Part shown: piece by piece, positions 1 through 11,931 of the stretch
Numbering within the stretch: the first letter of the stretch is position 1
How the letters are laid out: the number at the start of each line of letters is the position of its first letter
Origin: Phoronis australis
Taxonomy: Eukaryota; Animalia; Phoronida
NCBI GenBank assembly: GCA_002633005.1
Contig: NMRA01001051.1
Coordinates: forward strand, 1-54,864
Reading direction: 5' to 3'
DNA: 54,864 bases
The notes under the pieces: model-generated
What the model was told of the DNA's origin: nothing
What the model saw: only the letters and a program-made list of their open reading frames with translations
The model's database searches: none
Program-made: the position numbers and the translations under genes

Positions 1-884
1 GCTTGATCCCAGACCGCCCCGAGATGCTCCAGCAGCCAACTCGGGGCGGTCTCTCACGAGGGTTTAGCGTTATGACAACATTGTACACTTCGGGCTCGGA
101 ACACCCCATGTTCAGTTCAGTATCAGTTTGATTGTCAACGAGTCACCCTTTCAGGCAATGTGCACAGTAAGTCCTTGGAAGCTATTCTCTGAATCGTGTT
201 TGCACGTTGACAAAAAGAGGCGAAAACAACAAATTAAAGAGGGCCCGCTATCGGATTTCTCACTCTTATATATGGAGCAGAATCATTGAAAGCTAATGAA
301 TTGTTATGGAAAACGCAATGGCGCCTAACGATGCCGCTAATATAGCCAAACTCGTCGAGATTGCGCGTGACTACATATGTGCCACTAAGGACCAGTTCAG
401 ACGAATATCTGCAAGCTGATCCGTCGTCCCCTCACCTCATTCCATAGCTCGACAAGAATTACCCGCACACAGTATAATCGGCACTTGATACAAAATAGGA
501 CAGCAATTTGTGGAAGTCCATCAATTCCACGAAGAAATGTGGTGTAGCAGTACTTCATATATCACCATTTGTCCAACGAACCACTTCAGTTGTGTACCCT
601 CGGCAAAAAGCACAATTCTGGTGGTTTTCTCAAAATGGACGCTCCACTGTACATGTATTTGAACCTCCTCCCGATATGCGAATCAAAGAAGGCACTCAAG
701 ATGCGAGCAGTTTAGCTAAGCACTATAATGAATTCGAAGTTGAACTTGAGACCGATAACAGAAAGTTTCTTGATTGAATGGATTTTGATAAGAAGAAGAA
801 ATATTCCCGAAAGAGATGACACCGCTGCTTTTCCGTAAAAATAAACCCTGGAGCCCAATAGTTTCGTTTTGGTCGGAAAGCAGC

Positions 885-1326
885 CAGTGCCTTATTGCAT
901 GAAACAGTCCCAAATAGGAACTCAACTAAGGTCCCTAAATCTAATGCATGCTTGTGTACTTGTCAAAACACTGAATGTCTTTTCTTATACTGTTTTAGTT
1001 TCATTACTAAGTAAGTTTTGGCTTTGATACAAAACGAGAGTGAATTCTACATGTGCGTTGAATTCTCAATATCATTGTAAACCAGTATCGATCTTTTCAT
1101 GCAGCACTCCTTATTTAAGGACTAAGTCCGTGTTTTTTTCAATGAATAAAGGGTTCAGATTTTAGATATATTATTAGAAAATGTCATTAGCCAAAGAGGA
1201 GCTCATAATAAGATAAAATGACAGAAACATTTTACATCTGGGAGTAAAGAAGGACATAAATATGCAAAAGATTTCGGGACCTTACTTGAGTCCCTAATAG
1301 AAACTGTTTCATGCAGCCGGACACAG
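885..1326. mobile_element. MITE with about 50-60-bp imperfect TIRs
   Basis: tgcatgaaacagtcccaaataggaactcaactaaggtccctaaatct pairs with agatttcgggaccttacttgagtccctaatagaaactgtttcatgca; a truncated relative lies at about 19926-20250. Confidence 0.75.
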
Positions 1327-1964
1327 GACTCTTAATGACAACCAGAGGTGGGGTCACATCCAGTTACAGTATCTACATTAGAGTGAAGTTCTTGAGTGTG
1401 GAGCCACAGAGGTTTCTCCCCTTTTCCTAGCTATCAACAAGGAAGTACAACACCGGGCAGTAATCGAGATACATAAACTCAAAATGGCGAACGTCTACTG
1501 TGCTTGACATATCTGCAGTGTTTTCGCGAGGTCCATATCCCTACCACCGTCGTGGGCGGCGCACGATACCGGACTGGGGGTTATAGCACTCCACTTACAT
1601 GTATTTCAGTGCTGGGCCGCCCATTGGCATGGTCGGCGCGCACCATTGGGAGCTGCGGGGGCTAAAGAGCCCCCCCCCCCCACACACACACACCTTTATT
1701 TCAATGCTGCGCTGCCCATACACGTACATGTACTGTACATGTACATGTGCAATAGCCGGTCATAGCAATGCTGACCCTTGGGAAACTCACGTCTGTTGCG
1801 ACGTACTTGATCTCGATCCCGCAGATGTTGCGTATCAGTTTTGCTCCTGAGTGTTAGAGTTACTTTCCGGACTCCACGGTAACAAAACTGACACGTTTTC
1901 AAGACAAGCGGTAAGCAAACCACTAGTACCGTACATGTACATGTGAATAATGTTGTTGTCTCAC

Positions 1965-2132
1965 CTGGGCAATTCCCCCAACGCCTGTCATTGTCGTAAT
2001 TAGAAGTGATAGAACACCACGGTTGACTGTGGTCGGCCCCAGTGCATTCACTATACGCGACACCTTTGTATATAAACGGGAACTTGCATGATGAACCACC
2101 GCCATTCCCTCCGTATGTTGGTAGGTTAGTTT
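1965..2132 (-). CDS. Gene B exon: fibronectin type II domain (different frame from the ORF track)
   Basis: ttgcag|[56 protein letters not shown]|gtgaga; 42/55 aa identical to gene A FN2. Confidence 0.93.
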
Positions 2133-5100
2133 CTGCAAATGAAATGACGTAAAAAAGAACTGACCACCTAGAAGTTTCTCTATGACTTGTGACCTCCCAG
2201 TGAAATTCTTTGAAAAAAGGTAATAATTCTTAACACAAAATTAATCGTGAAATTTGGCAAATACAATGTATGTCAAATTATAAAGTATCCATGATAAAGA
2301 GCCTAAAAGTTGTGTGTAGAGATATTCAATCACTTTAACACATAGTAATTGCGACCAGGTAACAGTCACCTTTTAAGCAACAAATTTCAAACCAATAGAA
2401 AGCGTTTGAAAATTCCTTACTATGTTTGAAACAGCGGGATAATTTACGGCTTTGGGTAGAAACCGCTGAGCTACACGACTAACTTCGTAAGGTCGAACAC
2501 GATTTTTGATCAATGTTGCTAAACACTTTCTAATAGCAGAGCACACACACTGTAAGTAGCTTTAAGTATATTCACCGAAATCGCCCGTTCGCGTTCCCGT
2601 GAAAGGCCCGGAGACATTCGCTAAATATAAAAATGCAAAATGCTATCAACAAGACGTCATCTTTCTGCACACTCACCGAATGACCGCCTGAGATCGTTTT
2701 CCTCAACCGTTATGGAAGCACCCATATTATTACCCCATCCCGTATAGGAATCTGGCACACCATATCCGGAGCATCCACCCACGTTGAACTTGATGACTAT
2801 GTCCCCAGTTTGTTGCAGATCGCAAATGCCGTCCACTGAAATGGATAGACGAAATTTCAAGCTCCGTTCTTTTGAGATTTGAAAGGTGAAAGACTGTGCT
2901 TGCTCAATGGATCTCTGTTAGGCTGTCAGATTTTTTAATAAACGCGTCCCACTAGTGGCTGTTCGTGTCAATCTATGCTATTAAGTCCTAGCATATGCTT
3001 CAAGTAGTCGTTGTGTACATGTAAGTGGTTCACTTTGTCCTACGAGTCTGTAAAAGATCACATTTAATGACAAAGTCCGGCCTTATAATGACATAGTCTC
3101 ACTGAGCACTTCGGTATTCGACGAGATTCGGAATAACGCCACCTTATGCCGGCATTGCTCAAAATGAGAAGGTAGGAAGTGGCGCCAATCTCTCCTTAAT
3201 CTCTATACCAAAACACGCCACCAACATGTCATTATAAAGTTTGTCCGCAGCACATTTCTTTGAGACTTTTAGAAACTCTCCCCCCTCCAAGAGCAGAATA
3301 GATTCACCAGTGAATAATGAAAGCATTGGTGGTTTCCGTGGCACTGGACATTTATTTATTCTCCTAATATACACTGGTACGGTCGCGAAGTTAATAGCGA
3401 GAAATTAGCCACTCAAGCTCAAAAGATATCAATATGAAAGGGACGCAGTACTCTTCAAAATAGTTCTCACCTTGGCCTGGACGATAATCATCTCGCCCCG
3501 TGCCTTTGTACCACGCTAACTCTATTTTGCCTGGAGAGGAACACTCTTGGTCGTTAAAAGTAAAGTACCATCGGGAGCAACATCCGCCGCAGTTGTAACT
3601 CGAGCGAACGACGCCTCGGAATCTGACCCTCAATGATGTGTAAGCATACTGCTTCTTGAAGGTCTTCGTCTGAAACATTGCCATTGTTTTTCACAATTAG
3701 CACATCACCCGGAACACCTCGGTTATTTTCGTAACCTTAAACTCCCCTTTAAGGTGAACGGTTCAAGCTATGCGATGTCAATCATACGGTAAGTTACAGT
3801 GTATTTCACTAACAAGCTGGAGACAGTTTGGTCTCAGGGATGACGTTTGCACATGCGCAGATAACGTTTACCTTGGGAAATTTCAGGTTCCCTTGCGTTC
3901 CAAATGTTCATTTACATGTACAACAGGGCGTTATTTATGGATTTTCAATATGTCCTTAAGTTTCATTATCCTGCTCATTGTTTTACTTGTCTTTTCTGTT
4001 TAGAAAAAAATCTTCTTGTGGCATCAATACAATAACTATCTCCGTATCAAAGCTATTTATTCAGAGCCACAGACAACTATAACGTGAAAACTAATCAATT
4101 CAAATAACCCCGTTAACATCGAAAGCTTGTTCGTGTTTGCTATTACAATTTTCTGTTTCATGGTTTGGATATATGCTTATCAGCGGACGGATGGGAGTTA
4201 TAAAACAACGTTGGACGATTTGTCCCTTGAAATGTTTTCAGAGTTGAGAAACACGAAGGACATGCGGCGAGACACATTAGCTGGGGCAACGAAAGCAGTG
4301 CATTTTACCCAGTAATTCCACAATTCAAACTTACCGAGCAACCACTCATTACATTTCCATTTTACCGCGCTACGCTAAATAGAACAAGAGCATAAGCCTA
4401 CTTTCGAAACACCCTGGTACTGTACGTCAGAATGATTTTTAGAAACATGCGTTCTGATAAAATTGGCAGGCTAGGTTAGGATTAAAGTGTGAAGTTTTAG
4501 GATTGCTCGCGAAACGGTATTGCAAACCACACTGCCTTGTATGTTATGGACCCAGAAAGACGGAGAGCGCAGCTGAATACGAAGTGCGGAAGGAATTGTA
4601 CATATTTTGTCTTTGGTCTGAACTTACATGTACAAGGGATTGTCCTACCAAACATTGAACTGGACAGTATACAAACTAAGCATTATCAGGGCAGTAATTC
4701 ATTCGATTGTAGATCGAAGCATTCATTTTCGTGACTCAAACCAGGCAAATGAAACCTAATCCTGATTTCCATAAGGGCTTAGGTGTGTTTCTATCGGAAA
4801 TTTTACGACAAAAGGGTAGCCAGAGCGTCCCTTTATATAACAAACCCTGAAACCGCAAGGAGATTCTGTTAATCATTTTAAAGAAAAAAACACAATTCGC
4901 TCGATACTCAAATCTACAGCACCTTGCTTTGTATTCTCCAACGTGTGCTTCGTCAGCGTTTCCATATAATACCTGAGGGTACATGTATATGAATATGTTC
5001 TTGACGATAAACCAACAAAATTTCCTGAAAACACGGCATACGCACACATGAACGTAGCACCGAAATCATGAATACAGCTTCGGGCAATGACCTGTAAAGT

Positions 5101-8100
5101 ACGTTCACTGACGCTTGAAAACAGTCTCGCAATCACAAAATAAGGTTTAGACACCCAAACAGAATGTCTCCTGGACTCCTGTGATTAAGATTCATGTACA
5201 TGGCTCCGCGAAGAGCCCATACAGTGTAAGTCTTGATTGCAGTTGCCAAAACTCTGATTGCATCCAAGGAGCCGCGCTTTTAGAGTGCGTAATCGTGGTG
5301 CTCTTCAAAGTCTGTGTGATGGGTTTTCAGGTCAGTGAGCCTTCATAATAAGAGCTGACACGTTCATGTATGTCCATAGGCGCTTGCATCGTGTTGTTTC
5401 GGTAGCCTGAGCATACATGTATTCGTAAAATTCTCTCTCAAGACGGCCTTTCCCGAATTACAGGGTCAACACAAAAATCATGGGTGTCAACGCGTATTTC
5501 GATTTCAACTAAACACAAATGGTCGTCTGCCTCGTAAACCAACACTTGTGCATTATGTTCTTTAGTCCCCCTCATATTACCTCATATATAACCGGAAATG
5601 GTATTTTCAAACGAAAAAGTGAGACGTGATTTTGTAATATTGGGCATCTTTAAGTAATTATACCAAGCTACAACCTCTACTTTTTATTTCTCTAATATAT
5701 CGTCCCTTTGCCGAACTTATTTTCAGCGTCAACTTACTCGACGTTTAAGATATCGCCATCTGATGACTCGCCAAAAGACCTCAAACTATCGATGAGTTGT
5801 ATGTTAAAAGTAAATTTGATTTCCATCAGTCGTTCGAATAACGGGATGGGTAAAGAACCCGTGCTATTTTTGAACCCTGAATCTTCGTCAACAGTAAATC
5901 TCAAATAATTCGAGAACCGCAAGTCGAAGCAAAAAAACTTCATCCAGTAATCTGATACCACTAAATGAGGTCTACTAACGCACAAAATTTCAAAAAGATT
6001 TGTTGAAAGAAGTCAAGAGGACACGAGCAGTCACATAAAAATTGCAGGCATCGAAAAATCTCTATTGACTTAAAAACAGTAGGACTTTGAGAGATACATG
6101 GATGACACGACGATTCAAAGATGGCATCCAAACGCCACCATCGGTACTAATCCCGCCCCCTAAATAATGTAACCAATTAACAAAGGCGCTCTGATGGAGA
6201 GAACCTTGACGAGACGACTGAAGAAGGGAGTGGGATGAAAAAGTCAAAGACTGAAATTATTTTACGTAATATTCACATTGGAACTGTGCTCATGTTGCAA
6301 TCTAAAAACGCTGACATACTCACGCGACTGTTTAAACGTGCCAGATTCTAAATGGAGCATAGGGAAAATAGGGATTTTCTAAACGTACCGTATTGTTTCA
6401 GAAAGTTTATTTACCATTAGGTTTCCGTTGTCGGTTCCGCTTGCGTAGTTCGTGTAATAATAGTGTCGGATATTGGCAACCGGAACTTCGTCACATTCTT
6501 TAAAGGGAGCTGTATTTGAAAAGAAAACTGTTAGTGGAATGATGCCATTCGTTGAGATGCCACGAGTTGGTTTAAACAGTTGAACGATATAAGATATTAC
6601 TAAGGGACATTCTAACTGGTTTCTAATAAAAAGTCATCCCACTGCTGTTATATAGAAGCGTGATTTCTTAGTCTGACCGAAGAGTCACTCCCTCGAATCC
6701 GCCTATGGTACATGTAGCCTACATGTTAATTTACCTTAGGGCCTGTATCTTACCCACACAGACACCTGCGTTGTTGGTGCAGTCTTTCATGCAGGCGTGG
6801 TCTCCATCCGCGCAGTTGGTGTTGCTACATTCGGTGCTGGAATCCGCCTTGTTATTGGTGTTTCCCTGAGAACAACGAAGTTTTGACGCTACAATGTATG
6901 TGAATGTAATCAAACCACTTTAAATCAAACTTGAATTAAACTTCTTACCCTCTCTCGACACACTCACCGTCTCTCCGATTTTGTATGCAGCTTTAGAGGC
7001 TGGGGGATATTCTCCCACCGACTTCCTCAAAATTCGTAGGCAAACCTATACCTAAGCGGATTTTCCATCAAAAATGTGGTTTCCACTCCACAACATCCTT
7101 GCTAAAACAGTGTCTTAACGGACAGTGTGTTTACGTTTCCGAAACACTTAAGGACAAAATGAGGACATGGACAAAGCCCATGGGACGATGAAAAAACGTT
7201 TTCACAAATGCAAATTGCAATTAATTAGTGGCATATAAAGCGAAGAGCCCACTGCAGGTTGATAAGTTTCAGGAATGGTAATGCTCAAATATCTAAAAAA
7301 GAGATACCAAAAAATTAAAACACACCTAGTGTAAGCACGGTTTACACTAGCAAACGCTTCGTTTGCAAAAACGACTCGTGCCAGATCGAAATAAATTGGC
7401 AACAAAAAATGCCAAACCCGACAAACTGGTTTGCTAATTTGAAAACTACAGATTTTGGTAAGAAACCCAATGAACAAACAGCTAAAAATAGTGTGACAGC
7501 ACGTATAAAAATGGCAGCCTCCATGAGAGACTAGGGCTTAGATGCGAAACAGATCCTTATTCGAGAATCCGAGAATGCGAGAAACATCAAAATCTGCACA
7601 ACTCTCATCACCTGAGGCAAGCATGTTGCAGATTATGTTACAGTTCGTTTTTCCCCATACAATTGGCAATATCTGGCTTTTTAATCAATAAAAATAATTG
7701 CAATAATTGTCAAAAACACAACAATGGGTACACTTTAATAACTTCTTCGTTATCTCTTTGTTTACAATCTCTAAAGTTCCTAATAAAATATTACTATTAT
7801 TCTCGTTATATTTATCGGCACTCCTACACGTAATTCTGATGTTTAGTGATGGCGTGTCATGGCCGTAGATGGCGCAATTTGGACCCGGAAATAAGTATAG
7901 ACATGCTCTCGCGCTGGGTTCAAAATGTCATGATGATCTCAAAATGGGATGCTATATATTCCTATATCGTTCACATAATCGCTGTCGTCAAAATCATTAA
8001 CATTTTAATTAATTATTCTTGTGACTTATTCCTGTTAATTTTACACTTAGTACCTACGCTATATATAATAGTGATATGTAATTCCCACAGGGCAGATAAG

Positions 8101-8932
8101 CCAACGCTATTCCTTGGTTTACTTTTAAATCAGTTTGTAGTTTTTCCCAATCAGGTAATGAGCTGATGTTTATGAAGTTAAAACAATCAAGCTAAACCAG
8201 CAAAGTATTCCAAACTTTAGGTAGCAAGCCTAAGTCCGTTTGATGCTGTTTGGCTAAGTTTACGACTGGTTGCAACTTATATAGTAATAACACCAGAGAA
8301 CACAGTGCGATGAGTTTTCGAGTGTCAATTGAGATGCGTCATTTTTATGTTGGAAGATACATTCTCTAAAGGGTAAAAATGCGTCAAAACTTATTTATAC
8401 GAAATACCAATATTCTACATTTCTTTGAATCTTGAAACATTTTTTCATCGGATAACACGTGGTCACCTGCATGTTCTCATATCTGAGCAATGGCTGCAAA
8501 TATTTGGAGACCGATACAATCTCGATATAATAATTTCCAAGTACATACTCTGTCGGATTCAAATTTGCCTATTCGGATAGTGTTTCTAATATTTCCTCCC
8601 ATGGCAACACCATTTCCTCGAGACTCCATCTGGTGATAGCTTTCCTGGGACAAGTAACATAAACCATTATCTTCTTCGTAATAAGCAGAGACGCAAACTG
8701 TATTTCTCCTGCAGTACACAGCACATTCTAACTGGCTTCTAATACCAGTTAGTTTCCCATAGAATGACGGTGAAAACGAACCCGAAATATTCGCCACACT
8801 AGCGATAAATCCGGGCCTCAACACAGCGCATGTTTTGATTCTTTCTCCAAACAATGTTCCGGACCCAGAACCAAAAAATAGACAAGTGAAAACAGCTGCG
8901 GCACGAAGAGGCATGGTGGTACGTGCCGCCAT
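1965..8932 (-). CDS. Gene B (spliced, 6 exons seen, probably runs off the left edge): paralogue of gene A
   Basis: Exons 8932-8549, 6865-6754, 6509-6415, 3669-3471, 2835-2677, 2132-1965 join in frame with GT-AG introns (phases 0,1,0,1,1) and keep the gene A order. Confidence 0.9.
2677..2835 (-). CDS. Gene B exon: CTHRC1-like domain 1, last part
   Basis: [53 protein letters not shown]|gtgagt; one codon longer than the gene A exon. Confidence 0.9.
3471..3669 (-). CDS. Gene B exon: CTHRC1-like domain 1, middle part
   Basis: [50 protein letters not shown]...; 199 nt like gene A; 52/66 aa identical. Confidence 0.92.
6415..6509 (-). CDS. Gene B linker exon: N-terminal strand of CTHRC1-like domain 1 (not in ORF track)
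   Basis: ttttcaaatacag|A-PFKECDEVPVANIRHYYYTNYASGTDNGNLM|gtaaat; phase 1 to 0 bridges the neighbours; N.......G.DNG motif as in exons 26144-26226 and 21784-21890. Confidence 0.85.
6754..6865 (-). CDS. Gene B exon: short Cys-rich module
   Basis: tctcag|[38 protein letters not shown]|gtaaga; same length (112 nt) as the gene A exon. Confidence 0.9.
8549..8932 (-). CDS. Gene B exon 1: signal peptide plus PAN/Apple-like domain
   Basis: MAARTTMPLRAAAVFTCLFFGSGSG (hydrophobic leader) ...ECAVYCRRNTVCVSAYYEEDNGLCYLS...IRIGKFESDR|gtatgt. Confidence 0.85.
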
Positions 8933-10733
8933 AGTACTCTCGGAAACGCAAATGCGATTGGGGTCTCTGTGAAATTATTCAACTTAACTTTTGTCGATAT
9001 ACATTGCAGTGTGGTTATTCAAGTGCCAGTGGATCGATATCTGCATTTATTGTGTCAATAATTCATAACATCTTCATGTTATCCGAAAGACATCGACCGT
9101 GCGATGAATGTGGGGTCGCAATTTGTCTTGAAGTAATTATTGGTTCTTTGTTTTGGCTGCTTGTGTAGAACACTGTTGCGATATTTGTGATCAAGTGCTA
9201 TGTGCGGGTATCGATTAGACAAGGAATTCGGCATTGTAACCCGCTGGAAGCATTAATTTTCACCCGATACATGATCTCCCCAATTACAAGTCTACAAAGA
9301 TGTTGAACCTATTAACAACAATCATTAAGTTTATGCACGACCTTGTCGACAAGTCTTTGCATAGTCCAGCCCTTACAATAGACTTTAACACAGTGAAAGT
9401 ATATATTTTCTCAAACAAGAAAACATGTAAAATTTGAAATTTATTTTTTCCAAACGGCCATTCAGTGGGCCTCGTGACAATCATCCGTTTTAAATCGCTC
9501 AACAAAAAGGTGCATTGCTTGCAAAATACCGATTTTTTTGTTGCATGAACAATTTATTTTCGCGTGACATGAATGTTTACGACAGAACCCCAAAAACGTT
9601 GTCACTGTTTTCCTAATTGGCCAATAGCTAATGTTACATGTACATGCAATTTTTACGGTTTTTTTCTCAGGAAGACCATACAAGGCTTATTCTTGAGTAG
9701 GCCCTTCTCATGCAAAAGTGGAGGCGTAAAATACAATTCTGAACAGTGTTTGAGAGAGACAGCATATATCTTAGGGCAATTTTCCACTAATTTTTCCGTG
9801 TAATAATTGCTAAAATAGTCGTTTTCGCATTTTTCAATGTCCGACTACCTTTATGCAAACAAAGCGAGTTACAGCAAATGAAGTTTTATGGCAAGTACAC
9901 ACTACAACCCCTGTTATTAATGAACTAAGGCGCTCCAGATGTTTATCTTTGTGAAGAAGTTTACCAAAATATAATCTTACTTGGCGGCCATATTGTGTTA
10001 AGTAAGTGAATAATTGCCGTAGTATACATGTACCTACCTGGAAGTTTTGTGTGAATCCTTTCAAAGTTTTCTGATATACATGTATGATAGTCCGAAGTAA
10101 GCCAAATTAGGACATTTTTATAGGGTACTACAAAAGCTTAACATTGAGTTTTGATGTCAGTTTTACAAAACATTGCAAGTCGTTACCACTGGCCCACGTT
10201 CCGGTCGCCTGACAATAGAGCCGTCTGGAAATACCGCAGCAAAACTTTCACGTTTCAGTATTTACCTTTGTACAATGCAACACAGGTGTCGTTACTCGTC
10301 CTGCTTCTTAACGTGTAGTTTTCTCTTTCTAGTTACAGTAGTCATATAATTGATGCAGCAATAAGCCTGCCTCTCTGTCGAAGGAACTATATTTTGTTTG
10401 AGTTAACGGTACCAAATTACTCTTAGCTTGCCGAACCCATTTGAGAAGATAATTTTGTTAGTGCAAAGAATTGACAGTTCGTTATTCCTCAATATCATGT
10501 TTGTCGAAAAGCAAATCAAGCTTTAGAACTTGTTATCAAGCAAAAATTAGCTGTCAGAAACTTCTCAAATAGGGTCATGTTCTGTGAGGCTCACAGGTCA
10601 AGTTTTAAGAAACCAGAAGGAAAAACGTTTAAAGGGACACTATTGACAATGTACTTTCTTTCTGAGATCAGTCAAACGATTAGTAGAACTCATAACCTCA
10701 GCGGACGCAGTCCAACGTTTTTGCTGGCAGAGT

Positions 10734-11475
10734 TTAAGAGGAATGGAACGCGAAAGCTCGTAAAAAATGACTTTTAAACCATTCCTGACGAACGTACATG
10801 TACCATCTAGTGACATGTACATGTGTGCAACAAGCTTTACTTATTCTCTTCCCCTGCCAAGAAATTCCCGCAAAAACCATAAAGTTCACGATTTTGAAAT
10901 AAGCCCCAAAAGAAAAAAACTCTGTAGTCACTATAGAGTTCCTAATCTCCTTCCCACTTATGATAAACGCATGCATGTACTCAGTCATTCGACAAACAAC
11001 TGACTATCGGATGGATATTAACGGCTGACTATATGTGACTGTGATGGGACTCAGATCTGAGATCGATAGCACTGTATGAGACAAGCCAGTGAAGCAAACA
11101 ACTTTCCAGTATTTAAGAATATATTTGAATACCACGATACCATTATAACTAATTTTAACCAGTTAGGACTTATATCAATTGCCTCTCAATCACACTAGCA
11201 GCTGTTTGAATTAAGTCGAAATTGTTTTGTTCACACTAAAGTTCAAAGGTCACATTTTTATTTAAGGACAACAAGCAACGTCTATGTCTTGCCATACTCA
11301 AGAAGGAAACTTGCTCTACCATGAAGGAGAAATTTTGAGGATGTGACAAGCAGTTTGACATCAACAGAAATTCAAAATATTTACAAACAAACCGTAAACG
11401 AAACCTGTTTCAGTGGCAGAAAACTACTTTGAATAATTCAATTTAGTCTGCTTTTCGCGATCGAGGCCTCTTTAA
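10734..11475. mobile_element. TTAA-flanked MITE (Kolobok- or piggyBac-like), copy 1
   Basis: Ends ttaagaggaatggaacgcgaaa and tttcgcgatcgaggcctctttaa; colinear with 32644-33387 over about 740 bp. Confidence 0.75.
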
Positions 11476-11690
11476 GCTCCAACCGAGAAACAAAAGAGAT
11501 GACCTTTAACCAGGAAAGTCACCAGTCTTGATTTCTCCGAATTGCTGTGTCAACGCAAATAATAGGCAATACTTAATCACAAAGACATGACGGAATTTGT
11601 CGTTTGATCGTTCTGGTCTAACCATTTCATGTACATCCAACAATAACCTTAATTATCCGCTTTCGACCGTAAAATCAATCATGCCCTTTA

Positions 11691-11931
11691 CATGCGCGCA
11701 CCCAGGGGGCTCGGGGGACATTTCACGAAGCGGGCAAGAAGGTCTGCACCTGAGAGACAAAAAGTCCAAGAAAATGGGACTAAATAATCGCAAACGCTGA
11801 CTTCACAGTGGTGTTCCCGTTTTTTTTTGTTTTTTTTTTTTTTAATCCGCCCGCTCTTTTGTTAGCAAATGGTCCACAACGTCAGGAATTCGACCCCCCC
11901 CCCCCCATATTGAAGGCTGGGTGCGCGCATG
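11691..11931. mobile_element. Small element with perfect 15-bp TIR (CATGCGCGCACCCAG)
   Basis: catgcgcgcacccag ... ctgggtgcgcgcatg with internal G, T and C runs; no clean TSD seen. Confidence 0.6.

Noticed and set aside
11-52. GC-rich hairpin agaccgccccgag/ctcggggcggtct as a terminator
   Set aside because: No U tract and a eukaryotic context; probably part of a repeat cut by the window edge.
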